From: Chrysomallon squamiferum
Lineage: Eukaryota > Animalia > Mollusca
Direction: 5' to 3'
Assembly (NCBI GenBank): GCA_012295275.1
Contig: CM022665.1
Coordinates: forward strand, 46,376,001 to 46,440,000
DNA: 64,000 nt
Each line of letters opens with the position of its first letter. The stretch's first letter is position 1. Positions 41,745-55,212 of the stretch are shown here, in pieces. The position numbers were made by a program, and so were the translations under genes. Under the pieces are notes generated by a model that was not told where the DNA came from, did not search any database, and worked only from the letters and a program-made list of their open reading frames with translations.

Positions 41745-42285
41745 AAACATGTGCAGATGACTCTACTGTCATTTTTAATAGGAAATTAAACCAGTGTCAG
41801 TAAGTCTACTTTTAAGTGTTATAGAGAATTAAACAGGTTTAGTAGATAGCTCTACTTTTAGAATACTTATAGAAACAGGTGTAGACAACTCTACATTTAG
41901 AATATTAACAGACAAATGTAAGCAAATACTTTGTAGATAGAGACAGGTGTAGATAACTCAATATTTAGAATATCTGTAGATATAAACAAGTGTAGATAAC
42001 TATATTTAGAATATTTATAGACATGTGAGTAAATACTTTGTAGATAGACAGGTGTAGATAACTGTACATTCAGAATATCTGTAGACTGAAACAGGTGTTG
42101 ATGACTACATTTAGAATATATGTAGACACAAACAGGTGTAGATAACTGTACATTCAGAATATTAACAGACAAATGCCAATATATAATCTGTAGACAGAGG
42201 TGTAGATAACTCTACATTTAGAATATTTACAGACAAATGTGAGTAAATGATCTGTAGACAGACACAGGTGTAGATAGGTCTACTA
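41745..42285. repeat. Degenerate minisatellite with variable units of about 43-67 bp
   Basis: Core ACAGGTGTAGATAACTCTACATTTAGAATAT recurs about 9-10 times. Confidence 0.82.
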
Positions 42286-43024
42286 GTAAACACAGAAAAT
42301 GACCAGCACGGAGTGCAGCAGAGTCAATCCTATTAGCTCCATCTCACCAGACTCTAACCTCAAGGGTGAGATTATCCTGTCATCGTAAGCCACTTCTAAT
42401 TGATCAATTTCTTTCCAAATATACCCCATGTCAGCTTAACAACTCAATAAAAATAATCAACAAACACTTCATTACTGAAGAAAAAAAATAAAAATAAAAA
42501 TAAAAACCCCATCATCACAACCTGTCAGTAAATCTGTCACAGACGACATCATGTCAGCCATTTTTAAAAATGTCCGACGATTTTTTGGTCTTCTCTTTTG
42601 CTTGTCGTCTTCTTATATAATGGTCGTCTTCTTCAAAGTGGCAGTCATATTTGTCTGTCACTGCTGTTATTAGTTGTTTTTATTTCAGTGTATGTGTGAT
42701 TTGATAAGGGGAAAAAAATGATAATAGTAAGAGCTAGGTAGCTCTAATTAACAGCTATTTGTTGTTATATCTTTTGTTCAGAGTGTTTCAGTAATGGCTG
42801 TGTGTCACATGGTGTAAGTGTGTGTGGTGTTGTTGTTGAAATATACCGATGAATAGAAAGTACTAAAAGTCTTGTTAGAAATTGCTAAAAATAAGTTCAG
42901 CTGCTATCTCAATGCTGTTGTTGTTATGTGATTCTTTTAAAGAGATTTTTTGTTATATCTGGAGGCAGTAGAAGCTGATTTTTGATATTTTTGTTTCTCA
43001 TATAGATAAAGATACTCAGATAAA

Positions 43025-43315
43025 TATACCAACACATGGGCACACAATACACACTCAGATGCAAATATGAAAAAATATATATAGATATATACATACATAT
43101 ACACATATACACAGAAACATACATAAACATACAAACATAAACACATACACAACACACACACCCAGATACAAATATACATATGGACAAACATACAAACACA
43201 AACACATCTGCAACACAGATATACATGCACTCACATACACACATACACTCACACACACACATAAACATACACATGCACAAATACACACACACACATGACA
43301 CAGACTCACACATGA
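43025..43315. repeat. (CA)/(CATA)-rich block
   Basis: Direct reading. Confidence 0.85.
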
Positions 43316-44143
43316 CAGGTTTGTTTTCAGTTAAGCAAATCAAACCTGGACAGAATGTTGAACACCTCTGGGAAAACCAATCAGCTGATAGTGGACACAC
43401 ACACAGACAGACAGACAGCATGAAAGTGGGATTACAAGTCAGGTGAAAAATTATGAGCTGATTTCCCTTGGGTGGATTCACAGGAAGTTGTCACAACGAT
43501 GTGGTGGGATGTCCATGTGAAGGTCATTGTTCTTGCTTTTTTTCCTGCACAACATCAGATACATTTCTATGCAATAACACACCAGTGTTTACATTAAATA
43601 TTACACGGCCTCCCAGGAATTAATGACATTTCTACACATCTCTGTACAAATGCTTATTAGGCAACAAACACTTTATTGAGTTTTAAATGATACAAGACAA
43701 GAGATCCAGCTCTTATTTCTTCAGGGACCGTTCTTGTGAAATTAGCAATAAAGTGAAGTCTTTTGTTCACCCACTCATAGGTAGCAAAACAGGAAGATTT
43801 TTTTTTTGATGAGACTCGACAGGGGCTGTGTTGGAATTGAAAACAGACTGAAGACAGCCACTGGGGAGTGTTGAATTGCTCAGAAGATTTGTGTGTAACT
43901 GCACACACTGGATGGGATTGGTGTTTATACAAAACATTTTACAAATGGCCGCATTGATTGGACCATGTTTGTTCTTGTAATCCCAGCTCGAATCAATCAC
44001 AAGAAGCAGAAGGTTTCTAGTTCTTAACACGGGGTTCAGTTCACTTAATTATAACTTGAGGAGATCTGGGATCTGTTCTCATTGGTTTTGTCTGTAGGGC
44101 TAATTCCAGTTCTAGACAGACATTGCCATGATAAATAATTGCC

Positions 44144-44480
44144 GTAGTAGTAGTAGTAGTAGTAGTAGTAATAGTGGTGGTGGTGGTGAAAGTAGTAGTA
44201 ATAGTAGCAGAAGTAAGAATAGTAGCAATAATTGTAGCAGTTGTAGCAGCAGGAGCAGCAGTAGTAGTTGTAGTAGTGATTGTAGTAGTAGTTGTTGTAT
44301 ATTTAGTAGTAGTAATAGTTGTACCAGTAGAAGTACTAGTAGTAGTTATAGCAGCAGAAAAATAATAATAATAGTATTAGTAGTTGAAGTAATAGTAGCA
44401 GCAGTAGACGTATTTGTAGTGGTAGTAGTAGTATTAGCTGAAGTAGTAGTTATATTTGTAATAGCAGCAACAACAGCAGT
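44144..44480. repeat. (AGT)n/(AGC)n imperfect repeat
   Basis: Direct reading. Confidence 0.88.
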
Positions 44481-45183
44481 TGTTTGTAAAGATTTATAAA
44501 ATATAAAAAATAAACTGCAGTGTGGTATATAAATTTGCATTATATATGTGTAATTTTATTTATATATAACTGTAAATTAATCCCTATCATAATCTAACTT
44601 AGTAACTTACTAACCATTAATCTTTGATGATCTAACTTAGTAATCAAAAATATCTAATAATATTCCTTACTCACTTCCTAACTATTAACCTCTGCAAATC
44701 TTACTTATAACTTACTAAGCCACTGAACCTAGTAAGATAGATATAACAGTGTTACCAAGACATCAAAAACAAGCTAAAACCCAAACTCCATCTACAAATT
44801 CTTTCAATCGTAAACCTGATATGGGCTTGCGTCCAGATCACAAACACTGCAAAATTACACACCGTCTACGACAGCGCGGCAGAATATCGAATCAACAAAC
44901 AATTTTCAGATTACATGATTCTTTAAGCAAATAAAGCAGAATCAGAGTCGGCTATACTGATATGAAACTGGTGGCAATATCAGTGTCTAAATTTAGTTAT
45001 ATGAATAACTGTCTATCTCTTTTTTTTTTTTTTTTCTTCTTCTGCGGAAAGAGTTTATCGGCTAATATCTCATCGTACAGCGATGTTTTGCAGACGGTTG
45101 CCGTAAATTACATTATATTGACCATTTAAAGATATCGGCAAGTTCCGGGAGAAGTCTTTTGTAAACTTTTCTTCTGTTTGTTT

Positions 45184-45225
<42 letters not shown>

Positions 45226-45369
45226 CATTCCTGAATGAATTATGTGTTATTTGTTTGAATTAGCGGAATCAATGGAAATTGTGTATGATTGTTTGTCTGT
45301 CCGGTTTGTGAAAGTCTTTTGCTGGATAAATTGAAAAAGAAATGAAGAAGAAGAAAAATGAGAAAAGAT

Positions 45370-45435
45370 AATGATGATGATGATGATGGTGATGGTGATA
45401 GAATTGTAATAATAACAACAACAACAATAACAACA

Positions 45436-45475
<40 letters not shown>

Positions 45476-45872
45476 GAATAATATTAAAAACAAAAAACTA
45501 TTAATAAATATGAATACAAAAATGTTGTTGACGATGATGATGACATTAATGCAAATAAAACTGAGCAATTTTTAAAGTTTTTATTATAAATCCATGATCT
45601 CAGTTACAACAGCAGCAGCAGCAGCAACAACCACAACCACAATTACTACTACCACTAAGCACAACATATAACTACTACTACTACTACTACAAAGCACAAT
45701 ATACAACACCTACTACTAAGCACAACAATTACTGCTACAACTATTACTACTACTGCTGCTGCTACAACTACTACTACTACTGCAACTACAACTACTACCA
45801 CCACTACTATTACTACTACTACTGCTATTACTACTACTACTACAACAACTACTACCACTACTACCACCACAA
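45370..45872. repeat. (GAT)/(AAT)/(CAA) repeats followed by imperfect (ACT)n
   Basis: (ACT)n at about 45605-45872. Confidence 0.85.
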
Positions 45873-46650
45873 CAAAAGAGGTTATTATTAAAAGTGACAA
45901 TAATTATATTTAATATAATCACTGCATCCAGTAATTAAATAAAAATAACTACAGAGAAACAAATAAAGTAAACACTAAAGCAATGACACTGACATCAAAT
46001 TCATCTGAAATCCTTAAACTAATTAATTTATCATTCCTGGATTAACAAATCTGACAGGAACGTTTTTATCTGGAATTAACAGATTAATGGGGAGCTGATA
46101 AAATAATCCTCCTAATGCAAAGATTTTGTTTCTTTTTTTATCTGATTGCAAATGGACTCCGTTTACAACGGTCTCTGAATGAGCTGAATGTCAGAACCTG
46201 CAATATTTTAATTATTATTTTCTCGTTTCTTTGCAGAAGACATGTCAGGTAGCTCACAGGAAGTGCCCATTACAGAGCATGCTCAGATGGTTTACCATCG
46301 GCATCTTGGGATTGTAATTAATTAAATTTGTTTAAAGAGTTTGGATGTAGCCATGTTTTGAAATTATAAATATTTCGTGACTACTGTGTTGTTGTTTTTT
46401 GTCATTTATTAATTTAGTTGGGTTTTTTTAAAAGTCAGCTGTATGATTACACTGTGATTTAAATATTGCAATTTGGAATCTTTTTCAGTTTCCTTGATGC
46501 AATATGTATTTCATTGATTTCAAGCATTTCATTGATGGAAGAAGATATTATGTTTATTATTATTATTATTATTATTAATGCTGTTAATATTTAGGATTAC
46601 ATTGTGCTGCAAGTAACATTCCATTATTATACATTACATCAGTAATAGTA

Positions 46651-46699
<49 letters not shown>

Positions 46700-47259
46700 A
46701 GAGAAACAGAATTTGAATGCAAAATACATTTTATAAACAATTTTCTATATTTAATGAAGGGATTCACATTTAGAAAAAATGTTTTCCTGAGAACATAATT
46801 CATGGCTGTCAGAGAAAAAAAAAATTTAAAAATAAAATTTTAAAAATATCCTAATTTGAAAGTACAATGATGCATTTTGAATTGCTGTTCACTTTTATTT
46901 TTTTTATTTTTATATAAACTATTTGATTCCACTGTCATTTCAAATCAACAAAAGTGGATTTCAGAATTTCAGAATAGTATCAAGTGAGGACAATAGTATT
47001 ATTGTTACTTATTTGTAATATTATTATTATTCTTGTTATTATTATCATTATTATTAATATTGTTATTATTAACATTATCATTATATTTTTTTTTTTGTCA
47101 TTGCTATCATTATCAATATTATTATCATGATCATTATCTTCATCTTCATCATCATCGTCGTTGTTGTTGTTTTGTTATTATTTTATTATTATTATTATTT
47201 ATTTATTTATTATATTTAATTTTTTTTAAGCATGTACCTTAGCTTTTGTGAAAACAACA

Positions 47260-47720
47260 CAGGCTGAAAAGGGAAAACATATCCACGGAAACAAGATTCT
47301 GTCACCCATTCCTAATCACGAGTAGCACTGAACCAGTCGGCTGCTACACTATTACGTAACCGTTAACCGTTTCTTTTCATTACTAACAGAGGACCTACTA
47401 ACAGTCCCTAGAGACTTTCGACAGCACTGCGTGACACTGATTAATTATGCAAACAGTGAAGGAAAAAAAAAAAAAAAAAAGACTAATTGTTCGTTTCCTC
47501 TGATTGTAAGATAAATATTGAAGCAAGACGGAACGAAGCAAAAGAATCCACCGCCATTTTTCAACAGGAAATAAATATTGTTTTGCTTCGAAGACCGGGT
47601 ATAAAACGCGGGCATTAAAATTTTAACATTTTAAAGCAATGCTCGTGTGCGGTGATCAAATTTCTTTTCACGCGGTTCAGATGACAGAGAACGAGTAAGA
47701 GAATGTCTAATGACTTGTGA
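47260..47720. promoter_or_regulatory. CpG-retaining island with POU-homeodomain-like and YY1-type sites
   Basis: CTGATTAATTATGCAA at 47437-47452; CCGCCATTTT at 47551-47560; ATATCCACGGAAAC at 47279-47292. Confidence 0.4.
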
Positions 47721-48600
47721 AGTAATGGCAGTTTTTATTTTTTTATTATTCGTTTATTTATTTATTATTATTCAGGGTAGGGCGATGTACCCTTTTATGG
47801 ACGGATACAAGTGAATCCTGTTGCCAGCAGAATATTTAATTAACATTTGCTGGCTTAATTATGACCATTAAATATATCTACAGATTCCTGGGCACATGTT
47901 GCCATTGCGTTAATTAAATTTAATCCAGAAAGAAGTCCAGTAAATCATAAGTATCATGGATGTATATTCTGTTTGTAATTTATTTAAAATTAGTAGTTGT
48001 TCTTGTGTGCTGTCATTTTGATACCTGTATAGAAAAGATTTCAAGCTACTGACATTCCTGTCTAAGCATTTGACAAAGAAGAAGAAGAAGAAGAAAAACT
48101 GTAGAATAGTCAACTGTTCCAAATCTGAAACTTTTAAAATAGAAATTGATCATAATGTTTGAAAATATTTGGAAGTAACTGAATGAAATAAACATTTGTC
48201 CAGCAGCAGATTTTAACATTTTAATTGTCAATTTTTTAAAAAAATTATTTTTTTTTTTTTTAAATATAATTAGTATGTTTAAAAAACAAAGGAATATCAT
48301 ACCCATCATTCTGTTGTCTAATATTATTACTTAACAAGAACTTTTTTATATCTTTTTTCTGACTGACAAGTTAGCACATACCATGGATTTTGATAAACAG
48401 TTATTTATATTGGTGTAAATTAAAAAAAATATATATATATATAATAATAATAATAATAATATGGTATATGGGTTGCTATATATTATTATTATGATTATTA
48501 TTATTATTAGTAGTAGTAGTAGTAGTAGTAGTAGTAATACTATTATACTGCACCCCATACTCTATTAAAAAAAAAAAAAAAAACACCTACAAAAAAAACC

Positions 48601-48666
48601 CACCAGTACTGCACGAGGTATTGATCCCACAATCTATCATACATCAGACGAGCGATCTAACCACTT
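48601..48666 (-). mobile_element. Degenerate tRNA-like SINE head
   Basis: Minus strand AGTGGTTAGATCGCTCGTCTGATGTATGATAGATTGTGGGATCAATACCTCGT has A-box-like and B-box-like motifs at tRNA spacing. Confidence 0.5.
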
Positions 48667-49002
48667 ATCTTTACCCCAGGCAACAGACCTGACCTTTAAC
48701 AAGATGTAAAACAAGGGTTGTTGACCTCACGGTAATTAGGCTATTAGTACAGGAAACACACCGTCGGCCATTTTGAAATCAGCAGACGGCTTAGCGAAGC
48801 TTTTAGTTGAAGAAGTTTGTCTGCAGATGATATTTACTCGTTTCGCTAGGAGACCAGTGTTACCTTTTTAGTGGGGTTAATTTTCAGGATGATAAATCTT
48901 GCTTGAAGGTTTCACCAAGGGATCATTATGAGTGACAAAATAAATGTATTCCAAAAATAAAAAAAAAAAAAAAAAAGAAATAAAAAGGGTTGGCCCGATA
49001 GG

Positions 49003-49036
<34 letters not shown>

Positions 49037-49832
49037 AACAACTAAAAAACCCAAACAAAAACAAACAAAAAATAAATAGAACAACAAAAAACTAACAAGA
49101 AATGAACAGCAAAAAACTAAAATTAAAACAAAAAACACTAAGACCCCCAAAAAACTACCAAAAAAACAACAACAAACACAAAAGAAGAAAAAATAAAAGG
49201 AAACAAATATTTTCAATTAAAAGACATATCTGAAACCAAAACACCAAAAAATACAGTAAAAAAATCATATTAAATAAAACATTTAAAATATTTTCACATC
49301 AAACCAAAATGTTTTCACATCAAATAAAATATTTATATGGTAAATAACTAAATGGTCTTAATACATTTCACATACATCCAAGAACTCTTCTATCATCATC
49401 AAAACTTTATTATTAACCAAGATTGGTTACCAACAACAAAAACAAAATTAGGTGAGATATACAAAAAAAAACCCCATTAAAGTCGTTTATTTTCTTGTCA
49501 CCTCAGATTCACTTTAAACTGTTTGGCTAAGAAACTGGAAGACCTGTTTTACTGGGGTCAGGAAATGAAACAATCATCCTCGAATTGAGAAAAGATCTCT
49601 GCTAAGATGAGGTGGAAAAGTCCCAGATCTATCCCAGATATCAGTGCAGCGAGCAATATGGCGCAGTTAACTGGATCTTTAATCTTAACCATCGATCTAT
49701 TGATTCCCGCTACAAATCAGATTAGTTAATCCAGTAATGAGTCTTTTGATTCGATTGCTAAACTGAAGTTAATAATGTATTATTGTGATGGTGTTTTTGT
49801 TTTTTTTTTAACCTCTGCTGGCTAATTTACAG

Positions 49833-49856
49833 ATATTTGTGTGTTTGAAACTGAAG
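49833..49856 (+). other. Candidate 24-nt microexon
   Basis: T-tract, CTCTGC, TTTACAG acceptor; exon ATATTTGTGTGTTTGAAACTGAAG; consensus donor AAG|GTAAGT. Confidence 0.25.
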
Positions 49857-49894
49857 GTAAGTTGTAACAGAAAATGTTGGAGAAAATGAACATG

Positions 49895-50009
49895 CTCACT
49901 TTTTCTGTCTCATTCTCTCATTCATTCTCTATCATTCTGTCTCCATCTCTCTCTCTCTTATTCTCTTTCATATTATCTGTCTCTTATTCCCTCTCCATCT
50001 CTCTCTCAT

Positions 50010-50105
<96 letters not shown>

Positions 50106-50110
50106 CTCAC
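49895..50110. repeat. CT-rich tract, (CT)n and (CA)n
   Basis: Perfect CT run at about 50014-50086. Confidence 0.92.
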
Positions 50111-50271
50111 ATGTACACTTATTCTGTCTTACATGTAGACACACATACAGATTCAAACATACATCTATTCTTTCTCATACCAACTAAAACAAACAAACAA
50201 ACAAGAAAACAACCCTCCTCCTCATTTTTCTTATCTTTGTAAACTTGGAACCAGACCTAAAATGTTTGACT

Positions 50272-50797
50272 ATTTTACATCTCACAATTTAACTTGTTTT
50301 AGCATCTCACAATTTAACTTGTATTACATTTCACAATTTAACATGTTTTAGCATCTCACAGTTTAACTTGTATTAGCATCTCACAATTTAACTTGTTTTA
50401 GCATCTCGCTGTTTAACTTTTATTAGCATCTCAGTTTAACTTGTATTAGCATCTCACAATTTAACTTGTATTGCATCTCACAATTTAACTTGTATAAGCA
50501 TCTCACAGTTTAACTTGTATTAGCATCTCACAGTTTAACTTGTATTAACATCTCACAATTTAACTTGTATTAGCATCTCACTGTTCAACTTGTATTAGCA
50601 TCTCACAGTTTAACTTGTATTAGCATCTCACAGTTTAACTTGTATTAGCATCTCACAATTTAACTTGCATTAGCATCTCACAATTTAACTTGTATCAGCA
50701 TCTCACAATTTAACTTGTATTAACATCTCACTGTTTCAACTTGTATTAAACACCTCACAATTTAATTTGCATTAAACTCCTCACAATTTAATTTTGC
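50272..50797. repeat. 25-bp minisatellite, about 21 copies
   Basis: TAGCATCTCACAATTTAACTTGTAT; copies at 50521 and 50546. Confidence 0.96.
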
Positions 50798-51157
50798 ACG
50801 TAAAAAAAACATTTTGAAATTTAATTCTGATGTTGCATTTCGCTTTCTCCTCGAAGAAGGGAATGCTGTTAAGTGTGTCATAAATATTAGATGGCTCCAA
50901 GATGCCAACTCGGAATCCACCTTCCAACTCTGAGAGCTCCTATTGGCCACTCCCTTGTTAAAATACCCCCAGCAGAGTTTCAACAACGCACACTAGGGTC
51001 TGCTGTGTTAATTGAAAAAAAAAAAAAAAAAAAAAATTTCTCAAAGAAGGATATAAACAAATATTTAATATTTAATGGCCTGACTGAAACACGAGGAGCG
51101 TACAGTATTAATTCCACCCACATGATGTTGTTAACTAGCTGTCTGGAGTGGTATGTA

Positions 51158-52270
51158 TTTTTAATACTCTATGACGGTGACATACATTTAATAGTCTACA
51201 GTGTTATATATTTTTTTATAGTCTACAGGGTGATTGGACATTTAATTGTCTACAGGGTTATATATTTTTTTTATAGTCTACAGGGTGATTGTACATTTAA
51301 TTCTCTACAGGGTTATATTTTTTTTTATAGTCTACAGGGTGAGGTACTTCTAGCAGTCTACAGTAAGGTTACACATTTAATAGTCTAAAGGGCAGTATAA
51401 ATTTAATAGCCCATAGAGAGATGCACTTATAATACTCTAGAGGGTGGTATACTTCTAATAGTCTATATGGTGAAATACATTTAGTAGTCTATAAGGGCAA
51501 TATACTTTTAATAGTCTATAGAGGGATATTTTTTAGTAATCTACAGAGGGAACGTTTTTAATAGTCTACAGACTGATGTACTTTTTAATACTCTAGAGAG
51601 TGATATTTTTTAATAGTCTGTAGAGAAGCATACTTTTATTAGTCTACAGGGTGATAAACACTTAATAGTCACTAGAAAGATATAATAAGTTCAATAGTCA
51701 ACAGCGTGATATACTTGTAATATTCTATTGAAGGATATATTTTTAAATTTGAAAGTGTGGACAATGTATTTAATAGTCTAGAGAGCAATTTGATAGTCTT
51801 GAGGGTGATATACATTTGATAGTCTATAGAGAGATGTTCTTTTAGTAGTCTATAGAGTTATATACTTTTAATAATCTGTAAGATGACATACATTTGATAA
51901 TCTATAGAGGGATATACTTTTAATAGCCTAGAGTGTGATAAACATTTAATACCCTGTAGAGTCATATACTTTTAATAATCTGTAGGGTGATATACTTTTA
52001 ATAGACTACACAGGGATATATATTTAACAGTCGACTGGATGATATACATTAACAGTCTATGAATAGTCAGTTAAGGGATATATTTTTAACAGTCTAGAAG
52101 GTGACAAACTTTAATAGTCTGTAGAGTGATAAACATTAATAGTCAACAAGGGGATACACATTTAACAGTCCATAGATACATATTTAATGGATATGTGAAA
52201 ACTGAAGGAGAAATACAGTTAATACTGTATAGGGAGGTGGATATATATTTAATATATAGTCCATAGGGAT
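51158..52270. repeat. Diverged minisatellite of about 28-30 bp, more than 35 copies
   Basis: TTTAATAGTCTA(C/T)AG(A/G)GTGATATAC-like unit recurs throughout. Confidence 0.88.
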
Positions 52271-52500
52271 GTATTATACACTTGTTAGTCAATAGTACCA
52301 ATAAGGGATTCAGGGAAATACAGTTCTGTTCAGCAAACAAAACATGGTAAAAATTAATACAATGTTTGGTGTATACACAGTGCATTACATACCACAGACT
52401 TTCGTACATAGCAACATAATTATTATACACTAAATTTATTGAACTGAGTTCATCATCAAACAGAGCATGAAGTATGGTGAATAGGGTGGTATGTAAATGC

Positions 52501-52503
<3 letters not shown>

Positions 52504-52550
<47 letters not shown>

Positions 52551-52594
52551 GTAATAATAATAATAATAATAATAGTAATAATAATAATATAATA

Positions 52595-52675
<81 letters not shown>

Positions 52676-52800
52676 GTAATAACAATAATAATAATTGTTT
52701 GTTGTTATTATTATTATTGTTGTTGCTATTGTTGTTATTAATATTATTATTGTTGTTGTTATTGTTATTTCTATGATGCTGCTGATGCTGCTGATGATTT
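52504..52800. repeat. (AAT)n followed by (TTG)/(TTA)n
   Basis: (AAT)n at 52504-52695, complementary-polarity repeat at 52696-52770. Confidence 0.95.
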
Positions 52801-53223
52801 CAAAATATAACCAAAGCAAACAAAATGAAATTCAGCAAATTATCGTAAAAATAAAAAACCCACGTTCTGCAACAAGAAGGACTCTAACTCGAAACATTTT
52901 TTATTTTAATTTTTAATTTTAACTTTTTTTATCCATGATGGAGTAAAAACCTCTCCAGATCCATTTCCGCGGTTTTAATTGACAGACAAACTGAACAAGC
53001 AGCATGTTAATTGTGAAAGAACAAACACTACTTTCCATCATCTCGAAACACAGCAGGACTCAACACACGCCTAGCAACCTCTCGACGACAAGCTGGAGAG
53101 CACCTTAAACACACTTCAACCTACCCCAGCATTTTAACAAAATCGATGAGGACACTTAACGAGGTGGACGATGTTTGTCAATTTTTGCACCTGACACAAA
53201 AGAAAATTTTGAAAAGAATGTCA

Positions 53224-53225
<2 letters not shown>

Positions 53226-53257
<32 letters not shown>

Positions 53258-53314
53258 ATTCCTCTGAAAAGAAGAAGAAGAAGAAGAAGAAAAAATGAAG
53301 TAATTCAGAATGGA

Positions 53315-53363
<49 letters not shown>

Positions 53364-53550
53364 TAAATGAGATGATGAAATTGAATGTAATTAAAGAGTC
53401 TACTTTTATGGCCCTTTCAAATGTCGATGGCTATTATAAATCTCGGAAAACAGACCGACTTCATCAAGTGATGGCATTTAAGTTGGCCAAAGTGGGAAAT
53501 GCATTAAGCTGATTGAGTCTCCAGGAACAAAATTTATGAGTTGACATTAG

Positions 53551-53594
<44 letters not shown>

Positions 53595-53612
53595 AAAAAA
53601 AAAAAAAAAAAT
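53226..53612. repeat. Cluster of long poly(A) runs and (GAA)n
   Basis: A-runs at about 53226-53254, 53319-53360 and 53556-53592. Confidence 0.9.
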
Positions 53613-54447
53613 GGAGAGAGTCGGTAAAAATCTGAAATTTACAATGTTGTTTTGAAGACGTCTTAACTTCTAAACCTACCAGGTTTAAAATTTTTATTTT
53701 TGTTTTTAAATCAAAATCTAATAATGATAGAAAGAATGTAAGAAAAAAAAAAATGAAGTAATTTTAATGTCAAAATATTTTTAAAAATTTTTTAATTTTG
53801 GTTATTTTCATGTTTATTATGTTTCAAATCTGAGGTTTTTGTATGGTGATATATAGAAACAGAAAAATTCACTATAATTCTCATTTGCTAACAGTAAGAT
53901 TTTTTATTCCTACCTACCCATGAACAGACTTTGAAAAATCACATGTTGTATGATAAGAAAAATTGCAGATATTAACATTGTACACCAGTAAAAATAAACT
54001 TTCGATTCAAAATTATTATTTTTTTCACAAGTTCACAAAACTGGGACAAATTTCAGTTTTAAAACTACTGCATTTTTATCATCTTTTCAAAATAATGAAG
54101 GCAATTTGAGCATGTGGCTGGTGTTACAAGAACATAAAATTCCTGCCTGTTAGATTGTAGAAGATTCTGGAAGCTAATTAAAGAGATTGTGAAATCAAAG
54201 AATATTGGATTGGTGTGTACTATATAAAAAAAAACTACTATCCGGATTCATTTTGACACTGGTAATTTGGACACTGGCCAATACTCTGTACTCAGATGAC
54301 CTCTCTATCGGTCAGTTGACTTGGCCAAAGTGTGAAAATGTCGGTGATCTTAAGAGTTTGCAAAACCAATACCAGTGAAAATAAAATAACTTAGCAAGGG
54401 TCAAATTGGCAAATATTGAAAATGTTTAATCTGATTTTTTTTTCTTG

Positions 54448-54570
54448 CAAGATGTTTTCATAAACAAGGGTATTTTAATAAAGCAGGATATTTTCATAAA
54501 GTAGGATATATTCATAAAAGCAGATATTTTCATAAAGCAGGATGTTTTCACAAATGAAGGTATATTCAGT
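54448..54570. repeat. 18-bp minisatellite, about 6-7 copies
   Basis: AAGCAGGATATTTTCATA; copies at 54481 and 54499. Confidence 0.85.
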
Positions 54571-55198
54571 AAGAGTATCAGAAATAGATATAAAACATTC
54601 AGATTTAAAAACATCTGATTGATCAAAAACAAATCTATCTGATCAGCTTTGAAACAAAATAAGCTGGGTTTTTTTAAATCTCAAAATTTTAATACAGCAC
54701 AAATTTACCCATCTATGAGTAAAAAAAGTAAGAAATATTTGTATTTAAGATTTCTGTTTTATTTATGTCGATCCAAAGTTCCTCTGAATAAGGCATCATG
54801 ATGAAATATTTAGTGTTTTACATGGCCACAACAGATCTGTCAGTTTTGCATGCAATAATTTTTATGATTTATGAGAATATTTTTTTTGAACAATATTTTT
54901 ATTACTTAGGAGAGAAGAATAATATTATTAATGTTCAGTATCTTTCTGTCTGATTGATGGACAGTCAGAAAATCAGCGAAAAAAAACAACAGGGAATACT
55001 TCATAAATGTATTTTGAAACAAAAATTGACACAATTTTGAAGAAAAAAAAAGAGAAGAAAATGAAGAAGAATGAGAAGAGGATGATGATATGGATATAAC
55101 AATCAAAGAATCTAAAATTTTAATTTTTGTTTGCGTTTGGTGTAATTCGTCAGATGTGTACGGTTATAACCACCAGTTAGTTGTCAGCACAAAAATCT

Positions 55199-55212
55199 GT
55201 CACCATGGAAAC
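55199..55212. promoter_or_regulatory. RFX X-box-like motif
   Basis: GTCACCATGGAAAC. Confidence 0.45.
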
